In this document: in pieces, positions 1 through 11,428 of the stretch
Position numbering within the stretch: position 1 is the stretch's first letter
How the letters are laid out: the number at the start of each line of letters is the position of its first letter
Assembly: GCF_000485595.1 (NCBI RefSeq)
Contig: NW_014577092.1
Location: 760,527-780,526, forward strand
DNA length: 20,000 nt
Source: Priapulus caudatus
Lineage: Eukaryota
Direction of reading: 5' to 3'
Position numbers and translations under genes: made by a program
The notes under the pieces: generated by a model
Databases searched by the model: none
What the model was told of the DNA's origin: nothing
Seen by the model: only the letters and a program-made list of their open reading frames with translations

Positions 1-440
1 TGCACTGATATCTTGAGAAGAAGCCAAGGGAAGGAAGCCGGAGAAAGCGCGAATGAGGAAGACAAAGATATGGGAAAATGGTCGATGGGTTAGTCTGAAG
101 AGGGAGGTGGCAGCTATCGCTACTAGCGAGCTTATCCTAAATGCGCCTGGCGTTTCTTCCCTTCCCTCCCCTTCTTACACTAGGAGTCAAACTGTCTGTA
201 TGGGCGACTGTCTAGCAACGCCAGCCACGGGGAAGAGTATTTAATATAGAAGCCGTGTGTGGTAGTAAATATAGATATACATCAAGAACTACTACTAATA
301 ATAATATTAATAAATTTATAATATATATATAAAGTATGAAACGTAAAATACAAATAAAGAAATGCAGTGTCTGTTACTATGAATGCGAGCTTTCGGAGGC
401 ACACACACGCACATATGTCATTGTGTACAATGCACGGCCC

Positions 441-616
441 GCACGCACATACACAAACACACACACAACGCACACACACACCACACACACACACGCACGC
501 ACGCACGCACGCACGGCAACCACGCACACGTATGTATGTATATATATGTATATGTATATATGTGCGTGTGCGTGTGCGTGCGCGCGTGTATGCATGTCTG
601 CATGTATGCCATGTAT

Positions 617-651
<35 letters not shown>
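441..651. repeat. Compound microsatellite (CA)n/(GCAC)n/(TA)n; inverted copy at about 5345-5590
   Basis: Read directly from the sequence. Confidence 0.95.
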
Positions 652-654
<3 letters not shown>

Positions 655-716
655 TAAAATTATACGGACACGGTAAGCCAAAATTACTACCGTGTCCGTA
701 TAACTTTTATCTATAT
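648..716. repeat. Long inverted repeat (about 28-bp arms, 12-nt spacer); degraded copy at about 5282-5348
   Basis: atatagataaaattatacggacacggta / taccgtgtccgtataa(c)ttttatctatat, one bulged base. Confidence 0.85.
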
Positions 717-840
717 TTGCTCTACTCATGGTAGTGATTGAGCACTCTCGACACACGAGTTCATAAACAACCATTGGAATATATATATATATATATATAA
801 ACAAAGTCAATGTATAGAATAAGGGTGTTTAAAGTTTAAT

Positions 841-879
841 TGACAAGAGCTTTCGAGATTAGATCTCTTCATCAGGTCA
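841..879 (-). ncRNA. Minimal type I hammerhead ribozyme, copy 1
   Basis: Minus strand reads UGAC-CUGAUGA-A-GAGAU cua AUCUC-GAAA-GCUCUU-GUCA: core boxes, 5-bp stem II and UGAC/GUCA stem I. It has 2 extra nt near the cleavage site relative to copy 2. Confidence 0.75.
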
Positions 880-1008
880 GCAGACATTATTGGAATAGAA
901 TCTCTAATAATCAAAAACAAATACAATGCGTTATATAGATAATCAAAAATGAATGATTCACACAATCGTCGGGCGTTGCCATGAATACGAACAACAAAGA
1001 ACACGCAC

Positions 1009-1507
<499 letters not shown>

Positions 1508-1538
1508 ACGAAGCAATGGGCTCAAAAATCACACGTAA

Positions 1539-1960
1539 TTAAAGTTTACGTTCATCGCCCCCTGGATTCAAACAACCAACCTCCAGAATTAATTCTGCTC
1601 AGTCATGTGCTCGACGTGACTATTGTAATATGGTGTCAGTTTGGCAAGCACAAAACACGCACGTCCAATCAATGTGGTGATCCGGTTGCGTTAAAATGGT
1701 CAGCAACCGGAAAACCATGCAAATTGAGGCGAATAGATCTTAGGTGTTCAACAAACCTATCCGCAAAGCGGCGTTTTGTTTCGCCAATATAGTTTAATTG
1801 GCATTTTAACGCATTCAATGGCGTAAATGAAGTTCGTCGACACGCATGTAAATGAATCCGCACTAATAATTTTGCCCCGAGGCCCTTGAACCACAGACCT
1901 ATTCGTGATAAAAATTGCAAGTACTGCAACGTTTCGCGACAACACGGGTATTAGCCAGGT
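1539..1960 (-). pseudogene. Frameshifted GIY-YIG endonuclease C-terminus of a Penelope-like element
   Basis: Joining frames of ORFs 1757..1945 and 1669..1929 gives VVQGPRGK..DSFTCVSTNFIYAIECVK/CQLNYIGETKRRFADRFVEHLRSIRLNLHGFPVADHFN. This has the IY..YIG motif with intervening CxxC, the conserved Arg and two His. Stop TAA at 1539-1541. Confidence 0.88.
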
Positions 1961-2057
1961 TGGCTCACGGGGTTGCCAGAGTTGTAAACGGTGCTTGAAA
2001 CATATATATATATATATATATCATATATATATACAGGCTACACATATACATAATGAT

Positions 2058-2736
2058 TTCTGGAGCCGCTTGTGTTCTCGCCTGATGCATTTCCTCCACA
2101 TGTATGCGTACATAATATTATCGTCAGAAAGGCAACGTCGTTTTCTGAGATTGCCACGCGCGCCCTATTCGTGACGGGACATTATCGACACATGCACGCG
2201 GGTGCGTACGCACGCGCGAATATCCGAGTATGACTCGGAATATTGAACCACCGCCTCTGAACTACGACGCCATTCCGAAAACGATTGAATGATCACGCCA
2301 CCGTTACGAGAAACCGGGATCCCCTACAGTGGAGAACCCGACGGAAGACAAACGCAAAGAAACATGGCCGACGAAATGTAACCGTGCGCCTTTTCAGCTC
2401 CCCCCTCTGAGGTGGGGGGGGGGGCAGCACGGAACGTTACTCGCGTACTACGCATTACGTACTTCACCCTAATCAATGAAACGAATTTCGAGTCTATTCA
2501 ATCGGTTAGCCTAGGTCGGGTTTAAAAAATACTTTTTTGAAAATGCCCCCCACCCTTCAAGTTGCAGCGGAACTTAACATAGCGTTTGTCTACCGAATAA
2601 CACAGGAGGATTCCACAACTTCTGACGGTAAAACCTGCTACGCACATGTAACATCACGAGCTAATAATACCTATTGGCGACATGTAATACGGTCGGTACA
2701 GTTCCGGCGCCTGTTTACTGGAGAGGCATCTCAGTT
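2058..2736 (+). repeat. Duplicated block B: direct copy at 13984-14646
   Basis: Both run from ttctggagcc to gagaggcatctcagtt and differ mainly by single-base indels. Confidence 0.97.
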
Positions 2737-2737
2737 A

Positions 2738-2762
2738 NNNNNNNNNNNNNNNNNNNNNNNNN
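2738..2762. other. Assembly gap, 25 N
   Basis: Run of 25 N. Confidence 1.
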
Positions 2763-3082
2763 TCGGTTTTCCCGCGTTTCACAATACCAGCAGTCTGATT
2801 GGAATGAGTGATCGATTTTTTCTCTGTGTGGCAGGCACTGTACAGTCAGTGCTGAACAAGTGTGTGAAGATTTGACGAAACGAATTGAGGGGTTTTTCAC
2901 GGATTTTTCGGTGAGTTTGACGGTTTGGCAGGTTTTTTTCAGCTACGAACACTCACCGGGTATAAGAGATGGCCCTGTAAAAATTGCATCCAGATCGCTT
3001 GGGCGGTTTGGCCGCCTATAGGGAAGATACATACATAGATACATAGATACATAGATACATACGAACTCAAATATATATTAGA
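2763..3082 (-). mobile_element. 5' half of the same Helitron in block C, cut by the gap
   Basis: Minus strand reads A|TCTAATATATATTTGAGTTCGTATGTATCTATGTATCTATG...; part of the block C duplication. Confidence 0.68.
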
Positions 3083-3263
3083 TATAACGACGAACGGGAA
3101 TCTCACAGGAACGTACGCCGCTGCTGTGTTGTAGTAAGTAACAACAAGCGCGTCAATGTGAACAATATAGCCAGTTGTCAGGGAGGGGGAAAACAGACAC
3201 TGCGCCTGAGAAAACGAGAAAATAAATACAGCGTAGCTTCTTTATGGAACCTGATACATTGTC

Positions 3264-3454
3264 AGGTGGGCATATGTTTCCATGAACCAAAGTATCCTCT
3301 TGACGTACACTGACGTCACGCACGAACTCGGCTATCTCCGAAGTTGAATGCATACAGCCTGCTGATGGTGCTGGTGGTTGCGCATGGTCATATTCCATAC
3401 TACGCATATCTTGTTCTTTTCTTGACTTTGGTTCATGGAAACATATGCCCACCT
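3264..3454. mobile_element. 191-bp MITE-like element with perfect 30-bp inverted repeats; second copy at 10428-10622
   Basis: aggtgggcatatgtttccatgaaccaaagt (3264-3293) is the exact reverse complement of 3425-3454. No TSD identified. Confidence 0.7.
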
Positions 3455-4042
3455 TTCGGCGCGGTTCCGTAGGCGCCATATTGTTTATATTTGAGCAACC
3501 ATCATTTCAATCGAGTCAATGTAGCCACTTTCAGATGTCATAACTTTTAAAATAAATCATTTCATGAAATCAAACTTTGTAGTCTAGACAGAGAAGCACA
3601 TCGACTGTTTATGTTATTAATTTCAGAATTTTTACCGTAACCGTTTTCGAGATAAAAACCCAACAAAACGTAATCCGAACTAACAGCGACAATCGGCCGG
3701 TAGTACGGGTTTCCCGCCAAATTAATCCAGTTCTCGTTGGTCGCTATAGCCTATATAAATCCCAGCCGCTAGGCATCGTCAGTTATCGTCACACCGTCAC
3801 TGCGACTTATAGGTAAATATGTTTTGTATTTCTCTCGCGACTATCGTACTTGTTATTAGTAGTAATATTTGACGCGATGAACATAGATAAACTTACTTGT
3901 ACTTACTTGTATTATATTTCATGTATTGATGAGAAATACATATATGTATATGTGTAGCCTGTATATATATATTATATTATATATATATAATATATATGTT
4001 TCAAGCACCGTTTACAACTCTTGGCAACCTCCCGTGAGCCAA

Positions 4043-4465
4043 CCTGGCTAATACCCGTGTTGTCGGAAACGTTTGCAGTACTTGCAATTTTTATCACGAA
4101 ATAGGTCTGTGGTTCAAGGGCCTCGGGGCAAATTTATAGTGCGGGATTCATTTACATGCGTGTCGACGAACTTCAATTTACGCCATTGGAATGCGTTAAA
4201 TGCCAATTACTATATTGGCGAAACAAAAACGCCGCTTTGCGGATAGGTTTGTTGAACACCTAAGATCGTATTACGCCTCAATTTGCATGGTTTTCCGGTT
4301 GCTGACCATTTTATACGCAACCGGATCACCACATTGATGGACGTGCGTGTTTTGTGCTTGCCCACTGACACATATACAATAGTTCACGTCGAGCACATGA
4401 CTGAGCAGAAATTAATTCTGAGGGTTGGTTGTTTGAATCCAGGGGGCATGAACGTAAAACTTTAA
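4043..4465 (+). pseudogene. Frameshifted Cys-linker plus GIY-YIG endonuclease, copy 2
   Basis: Reads YPCCRKR/CSTCNF (Cx4Cx2C-like), GKFIVRDSFTCVSTNF, YIGETK, and ORF 4283..4465 HGFPVADHF...EQKLILRVGCLNPGGMNVKL* with the catalytic-type Glu and the terminal GxN. A TAA upstream of YPCC and an extra T after CNF are shared by both copies, so the decay is real. Confidence 0.88.
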
Positions 4466-4492
4466 TTACGTGTGATTTTTGAGCCCATTGCT

Positions 4493-4990
<498 letters not shown>

Positions 4991-5117
4991 CGTGTTTCTT
5001 TTGTTGTTCGTATTCATGGCAACGCCGCGAAATTGTGTTGAATCATTCATTTTTGATTATCTATATAACGCATTGTATTTTTTTTGATTATTAGATTCTA
5101 TTCCACATAATGTCTGC

Positions 5118-5154
5118 TGACCTGATGAAAGAGTCTAATCTCGAAAGCTTGTCA
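5118..5154 (+). ncRNA. Minimal type I hammerhead ribozyme, copy 2
   Basis: UGAC(5118-21) CUGAUGA(5122-28) AA GAG ucuaau CUC GAAA(5143-46) GCUU | GUCA(5151-54). Palindromic AAGCUU replaces stem III; CUU cleavage triplet; followed by ATTAAA. Confidence 0.8.
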
Positions 5155-5997
5155 ATTAAACTTTAATAACACCCTTTATTCTATACATTGACTTTGTTTA
5201 TATATATATATAATATATATTCCAATGGTTGTTTATGACTCGTTGTGTCGAGAGTGCTCAATACTACCATGAGTAGAGCAAATATAGATAAACGTTATAC
5301 GGACACGGTTAGTAATTTTGGCTACCGGTCCGTATAATTTTATCTATAATATATATATATATATAATATATATATACAATATACATGGCATACATGCAGA
5401 CATGCATACACGCGCGCACGCACGACGCACACGCACATATATACATATACATATATATACATACATACGTGTGCGTGTGCGTGCGTGCGTGCGTCGCGTG
5501 CGTGTGTGTGTGTGGTGTGTGTGTGTGTGTGTGTTTGTGTATGTGCGTGCGGGCGTGCATGTACACAATGACATATGTGCGTGTGTGTGCCTCGAAAGCT
5601 CGCATTCATAGTAAACAGACACTGCATTTCTTATTTGTATTTTACTGTTTCATATTTATATATATATATTATAATATTATATAATTATTATTATAGTAAG
5701 TAGTTCTTGATGTATTATCTATATTTACTACCACACACGGCTTCCTAATATTAAATACTCTTCCCCCGTGGCTGGGCTTTGTAGACAGTCGCCCATACAG
5801 ACAGTTTGACTCCTAGTGTAAGAAGGGGAGGGAAGGGAAGAAAGCGAGGCGCATTTAGGATAAAGCTCGTAGTAGCGATAGCTGCCACCACGTCCTCTCA
5901 GACTAACCCATCGACCATTTTCCCATATCTTTGTCTTCCTCATTCGCCGCTTTCTCACGGCTTCCTTCCCTTGGCTTCTTCTCAAGATATCAGTGCA

Positions 5998-6686
5998 CGG
6001 TTTCACTGTTAGGCCTAAGAAAAAAAGATGTTTTGTTTCCGCTAACGAGCTGGAAAAAAATATTGGACCACGGTAGGCAGGCAAAACCTTATTTAGGCAA
6101 ACCATTAAAATAATTTTTTTTTTGGAATTTGAACAATACTTGTTTTATACTTATAACAGCCAATATAATGACTTTCAAAGTCAAATCAATGCAATTCCAC
6201 CGATCGATATCACGTTGGATTTTTTATTTTAATTTTAAAAAAGTTCGTTTCGACACGGGCGGTTTAAAATGGACTCGTCGGGTTAGCCGAAACAACACGT
6301 CTTTTTTTAGGTCTTACCTTACACTCCTCTTTCTTCATCTACCAACAACGCATATATATTATATGTATATATTTATATAACAACATTCTTTCCTACTTAT
6401 TTATAGTGAAGTTTTTATATTTTAGGTTATGTTCGTTATTACGTTGCTCTCTAAGGTCTTGAGACGTAATTCTAGAGGCAAATGTTGGCCGACTATTTTT
6501 TTTTTATTTAAAATAAAGGTGCACGACTACAGGGGTTTCCGGTTTGGTGAAAACCGCAGTATGGCCTAAATATAATTTCAGACGATCGTAGAATAGTAAT
6601 CTTGAGACATGTAGCGTTTTATATTAGAGTCTGGCACACATAAACGCACACACTACAGACGCACAGCACACCCACAAACTCACACT
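5998..6686 (-). repeat. Duplicated block E (upstream extension of A): inverted copy at 19025-19689
   Basis: agtgtgagtttgtgggtgtg at 19025 is the reverse complement of about 6667-6686; colinear through to block A. Confidence 0.96.
6009..6316. mobile_element. About 310-bp MITE-like element with imperfect ~35-bp TIRs
   Basis: ttaggcctaagaaaaaaagatgttttgtttccgctaac ... gttagccgaaacaacacgtctttttttaggtctta; AT-rich noncoding interior; no clear TSD. Confidence 0.65.
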
Positions 6687-6765
6687 GGCCACACACACAC
6701 ATACACACACCACACGCGCACGCACACGCACACCCACGCACACGTACACGCACACCACACACAAA

Positions 6766-6797
<32 letters not shown>

Positions 6798-6835
6798 AAA
6801 CACAGCACACACACACAAACACACACACACACAAA

Positions 6836-6871
<36 letters not shown>

Positions 6872-6899
6872 TACCACATACGCACACACACGCACACCA

Positions 6900-6937
<38 letters not shown>

Positions 6938-6962
6938 CACTCACACAGAGAGAGACACACAC
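6635..6962. repeat. Degenerate (CA)n followed by (CT)n microsatellite
   Basis: Read directly; pure (CT)n at about 6902-6934. Confidence 0.95.
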
Positions 6963-8722
6963 GCGCCGTATATATTAGCTGATGAGATTATTATTCATCT
7001 GCGCACCGCGTGCGACATGATTGTGGTGCATATACGCTCAAATTATATCACCTTTTATATTACTACCCATATATATAGTTCGCTTTTGTGATTTTGCTAT
7101 AGCACTGTGATGTGCTCATTTAATACGCTGCAGGACCCTCTCGTTTACCATGTTAAAAGGAATTATTTCACAACAAAAATGCACACTTGAGAACAAATAT
7201 AGCGGGATATAGTCCATCTAACAGCGAATATGTTACTGTTTACTCAAGTATAAAAATTACGGTGTCTTTCTGCTGTTATGGTATGTACAATCGTGAGTAT
7301 GCAGCCAGATTCTTTCGTATAGCGACAATTCCGTTGAAATCGGCAACAGGAAGACAAATGTGCGTCGTATTGAGTGACGTAGTGGTTCTAGACGGGTACA
7401 ACATCTCTATTGCTTTAGTTCAAGTTATAGTTTAGTTTTAGTTAAAGTATTGCGACAAGGTCTCGCGAGAGACGAGTGGCATCGTCATGTAATCGCGTCA
7501 ACGCGATGTAAAAAAACTCATAGTTGAATATTTGTGTGTGAAAATTTACGAGTGTTGTGAGACATGTAACCCTTACTTTAGACAATTGCTGCTACACAAG
7601 CAATACCAGTATTTTAGTGTTCGTAAAAATACGAGAACGGTCTAGGGAAATTGTGTGAAATAATTACTTTAAAAGCACTGCTTCTTATGCTTATATGTTC
7701 GCACAGTGTGCGTTGCCATGCATGCAATCGGCACAGTGAAAACTTGCAGGCGATTGTGTCCTGTGTTTTTATATGAGAAACAGACCACTATTGGATCCTT
7801 CCATAGGATCACGTATACTTAAGAACTAAATTTCAGGGCTTATAAATGATTATTTCGAACTGTTTTCTGCCAACTGGTACTATTAAAGCTAATACCATGT
7901 ACTTCAGTCCGTGTACTACCATGAGAGTTGTGTCATATGTTTTCCGGCGATTTTTAAAAGCTAATCGCGAATTTACTATCAGGGCGATACCACATTTTTG
8001 GCCTGAAAAACAGTCGCGCAGTCGAATATGGGACCATAGTTTGAGCAGAATTCATTTTAAATTACTAGTAACCATCCACCCATCTCGTATGCATACCGTT
8101 GGCACACACGATAGCCACCTATATAATGCAACCACAAGAAACATCGCGTCAGCTTGGTGGCCCGAGGCCGCGGCCCTCCGATTCGTCGGCGGACGACGCG
8201 TCACATCTTCTAACCTAACAGGGTAATGAACCGTAGTGATTTAATAGTGGTCACATGTATATGCCTAACTATAGAAGCATGGACAGACAGTATGGTATAT
8301 GGGACAGTATGGTATCAGGTTCCAGACGTAGACTTTCGCTCCTTCGCCATTTAATTGCCGTGCCATTTTGCTGTGCACTACCTTAGGCGTGATTGAGTTT
8401 GCCTTGCAGCTTGGTGGATCTGTACGCTTATGTAAGAAGATAATTACAATGACGATCTTAGGTTAGTTTTTCACGCGTGAAATTTATTATTTTCTTTCCT
8501 TGCCCGTTCTGCGACGCATGCGCATATCGATTAGCGATGTTGCGCGCGGTCGAAACTTCGCTGCGACGATATCGATTATGAATTAGCCGAGCCGCACGCA
8601 TCGCGTGCACGCCGGGCGAGTTTGCATAACTCTGCGCCTAGTTTGTGTACGCAGGTACCCCAGCTGCATCATTTCCAACCGTCGCCCAACGCGCTGTTGG
8701 CTTGCTCTTCTCCGGCGCCGGC

Positions 8723-8838
8723 CTCTCTCTCTCTCTCTCTCGCTTCGCTTTCTTCCCTGTCTTGTGCGTTATTTCCTCCCTCCCCTCTCCACATTCTCCC
8801 TCCCCTTTCTGTGCGTGCTGTCTACTTCCCTCTCTTCT

Positions 8839-8879
<41 letters not shown>

Positions 8880-8904
8880 CTCGCTCTCGCTCTCTATTTC
8901 TCTC
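8723..8904. repeat. (CT)n/(CTCGCT)n pyrimidine-rich tract; partial copy at 12811-12933
   Basis: Read directly from the sequence. Confidence 0.9.
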
Positions 8905-9947
8905 AATCTCCCTAGCTCCATAATAACTCATCTACATAACCTGACTATACTGCGTCGATTCCATTATGGCCATCTGGCGATCGAATGCTTCTATTGAGCA
9001 GTGTATTATCCGATCCTCATTCAACTTGTTTTCGCACTGGAATTTGAACGCGCCCGTTATGCATATATTGCAATGTTCCGAGGGCGGTGGCGAGTTATCT
9101 GCAGTACGCGCCATCGTTGTTTCAGCTTCATCGTTGTTTACGTGTCATGAGTGTGTATGCGTCGTCATGGCGCGTAGTCGACATTTGTTTATACCTCGTT
9201 ATCATTCCGTGACATCATTGTTTTACGCGTCATGAGTGTGTGTGTGTGTGTGTATCGTCATCATGGCGTGGACGTCATCATTGTTATAGACTCTGTGTAT
9301 CATTTACGCGACATCATCGTTTTACGCATCATGAGTGTGTATGGCGTCGTCATGGCGCGTAAGTCGTCATTGTTTATACCGCGTCTGGCCTCGTCATCAT
9401 TGTTTATACCTCGTCATCATTTTACAGCGTCATTATTATTTACGTCATCAATGAGTGTGTATATGCGGTCATCATGGCGCGCTAATCTGCATTGTTTATA
9501 CTCGTCAATCGTTTACGCGTTTGAGTGTGTATACGTCATCATTGCAGATTTACTACTGTTGTACTGTGATGCGTCTCTTCGCTGTCGCTCGATGATGCCC
9601 GTTGCACCGGTCCTCAAATGAATCTGTAAGTCGCAGTGACGGTTTGACGATAAGTTTTATTGTATGTACAGTTTCATACCATAGAGGCATAGACAATACT
9701 CCTGCAAAAATCATTAATACGTGTATATATATTCAAGCAGTAAAAGTGAGTTTATCTAAGTTCATCGCGTCAAATATTTCTATTAATAACAAGTACGATA
9801 ATCGCAAGAGAAATACGAAAACGTAAAATCATCAATACATGAAATATAATACAAGTAAGTACAAGTAAGTTTATCTATGTTCATCGCGTCAAATAATTTA
9901 CTATAATAACAAGTACGATAGTCGCAAGAAGAAATACAAAACGTAAA
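8786..9947 (+). repeat. Duplicated block D: direct copy at 12811-13983
   Basis: Both start tctccacattctccctcccctttctgtgcg (the second immediately after the gap) and stay colinear to ...aaacg(c)taaa. Confidence 0.97.
9110..9545 (+). repeat. Degenerate tandem array built from tcatcgtttacgcgtcatgagtgtgtatgcgtcgtcatggcgcgtaagtcgtcattgtttatacctcg; copy at about 13150-13575
   Basis: tgagtgtgt recurs five times and catggcg four times at irregular ~75-120-bp spacing. Confidence 0.85.
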
Positions 9948-10062
9948 TCATCAAACATGAAATATAATACAAGTAAGTACAAGTAAGTTTATCTATGTTC
10001 AGTCGCGTCAAAATATTACTACTAATAACAAGTACGATAGTCGCGAGAGAAATACAAAACAT
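9749..10062 (+). repeat. About 119-bp tandem repeat, about 2.6 units; also at 13784-13983 and inverted at 3818-3932
   Basis: tcatcaa unit starts at 9829 and 9948; tttatcta(t/a)gttca..cgcgtcaaa occurs three times. Confidence 0.92.
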
Positions 10063-10804
10063 ATTACCTATAAGTCGCAGTGACGGTGTGACAATAACTG
10101 ACGATGCCTAGCGGCTGGGATTTATATAGGCTATAGCGACCAACGAGAACTGGATAATTATTGGCGAAACCCGTCACTACCGGCCGATTGTCGCTGTTAG
10201 TTCGATTACGTTTTGTTGGGTTTTTATCTCGAAAACGGTTACGGTAAAAATTCTGAAATTAATAACATAACACAGTCGATGTGCTTCTCTGTCTAGACTA
10301 CAAAGTTTGATTTCATGAAATGATTTATTTTAAAGTTATGACATCTGAAAGTGGCTTACATTGACTCGAATTGAAATGATGGTTGCTCACAATAAACAAT
10401 ATGGCGCCTACCGGAACCGCGCGCGAAAGGTGGGCATATGTTTCCATGAACCAAAGTCAAGAAAAAGAACAAGATATGCGTAGTATGGAATATGACCATG
10501 CGCAACCACCAGCACCATCAGCAGGCTGTATGCATTCAACTTCGGAGATAGCCGAAGTTTCGTGGCGTTGACGTCAGTGTACGTCAAGAGGATACTTTGG
10601 TTCATGAACACTATCCACACCTGACAATGTATCAGGTTCCATAAAGAACTACACTGTATTTATTTCTCTCGTTTTCTCAGGCGCAGTGTCTGTTTTCCCC
10701 CTCCCTGACAACTGGCTATAATTGTTCACGATTGACGCGCTTGTTGTTACTTACTACAACACAGCAGCGGCGTACGTTCCTGTGAGATTCCGTTCGTCGT
10801 TATA

Positions 10805-11428
10805 TCTAAATATTATTTGAGGTTCGTATGTATCTATGTACTATGTATCTATGTATGAATCTTCCCCTATAGGCGGCCAAACGCCCCAAGCGATCTGGAT
10901 GCAATTTTCAGCAGGCCATCTCTTAAACCCGGGTGTTCGTAGCTGAAAAAACCTGCCAAACCGTCCAACTCACCGAAAAATCCGTGAAAAACCCGCTCAA
11001 TTCGTACATCTTCACACATTGTCAGCACTGACTGTACCAGGTGCCCACACAGAAAAAAAAATCGATCACTCATTCCATCAGCTGCTGGTATTGTGAAACC
11101 GAAACCGGAGCACCGGAGCTAAAACAGACAACAGCCGAGTTCAGGGTTACGACTGCATTGTTTATCACAACAGGCTTTGAAATGAAGAAGCCGCAACATC
11201 CAATTGTAACATGCTGTTTACTGCCGTACGTGCCATACGTGCATTGCCGTACGTGGGAGAGCTTTTTCTGTTTCTGCTGCTTATTATCTTATTAGACTGA
11301 TTTCTAAATATTTCATATTTGTGTGCAATGGTTATTGTCGATTTTTACACAATGTCCTTTGTGTCCCATACTTAGTAGTATGAATTAGTACACGATTTTA
11401 CCCAGCGCAGCGGGGTACCAGCAGCTAG
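10805..11428 (+). mobile_element. Non-autonomous Helitron, about 625 bp, both termini present
   Basis: 5' A|TCTAA followed by a (TATG/TATC)n tract; 3' hairpin TACCCaGC-gca-GCgGGGTA (11399-11417), then 7 nt, then CTAG|T (11425-11429). Sits between A and T with no TSD. The 3' end is firmer than the 5' end. Confidence 0.75.

Larger units (their letters stand above)
2763..3932 (+). repeat. Duplicated block C: inverted copy at 9948-11107
   Basis: The reverse complement matches from tcatcaa(t)acatgaaatataatac (9948) to ctggtattgtgaaac (about 11099). Confidence 0.97.

Noticed and set aside
53..244. 63-aa ORF recurring at 5728-6105 and 19743-19952
   Set aside because: Recurrence only reflects the block duplication; frames differ between copies and there is no recognisable domain.
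2075..2135. Hammerhead-like string on the minus strand, CUGACGA...GAAAUGCAUC
   Set aside because: Stem II does not close next to the core (U after CUGACGA, G before GAAA) and stem I needs a 2-nt bulge.
2408..2559. Inverted G-run/C-run pair tgaggtgggggggggggca / tgccccccacccttca
   Set aside because: Mostly homopolymer complementarity, with no extended TIR or TSD.
3153..3479. 108-aa ORF (related ORF at 10383-10571)
   Set aside because: It runs across the MITE-like inverted repeat, the frame is not conserved between copies, and no motif is recognisable.
6979..7010. CTGATGAG motif
   Set aside because: No downstream stem II plus GAAA box.
9749..10062. Possible CRISPR-like array
   Set aside because: Whole units repeat with no unique spacers, there are no cas genes, and the context is eukaryotic.
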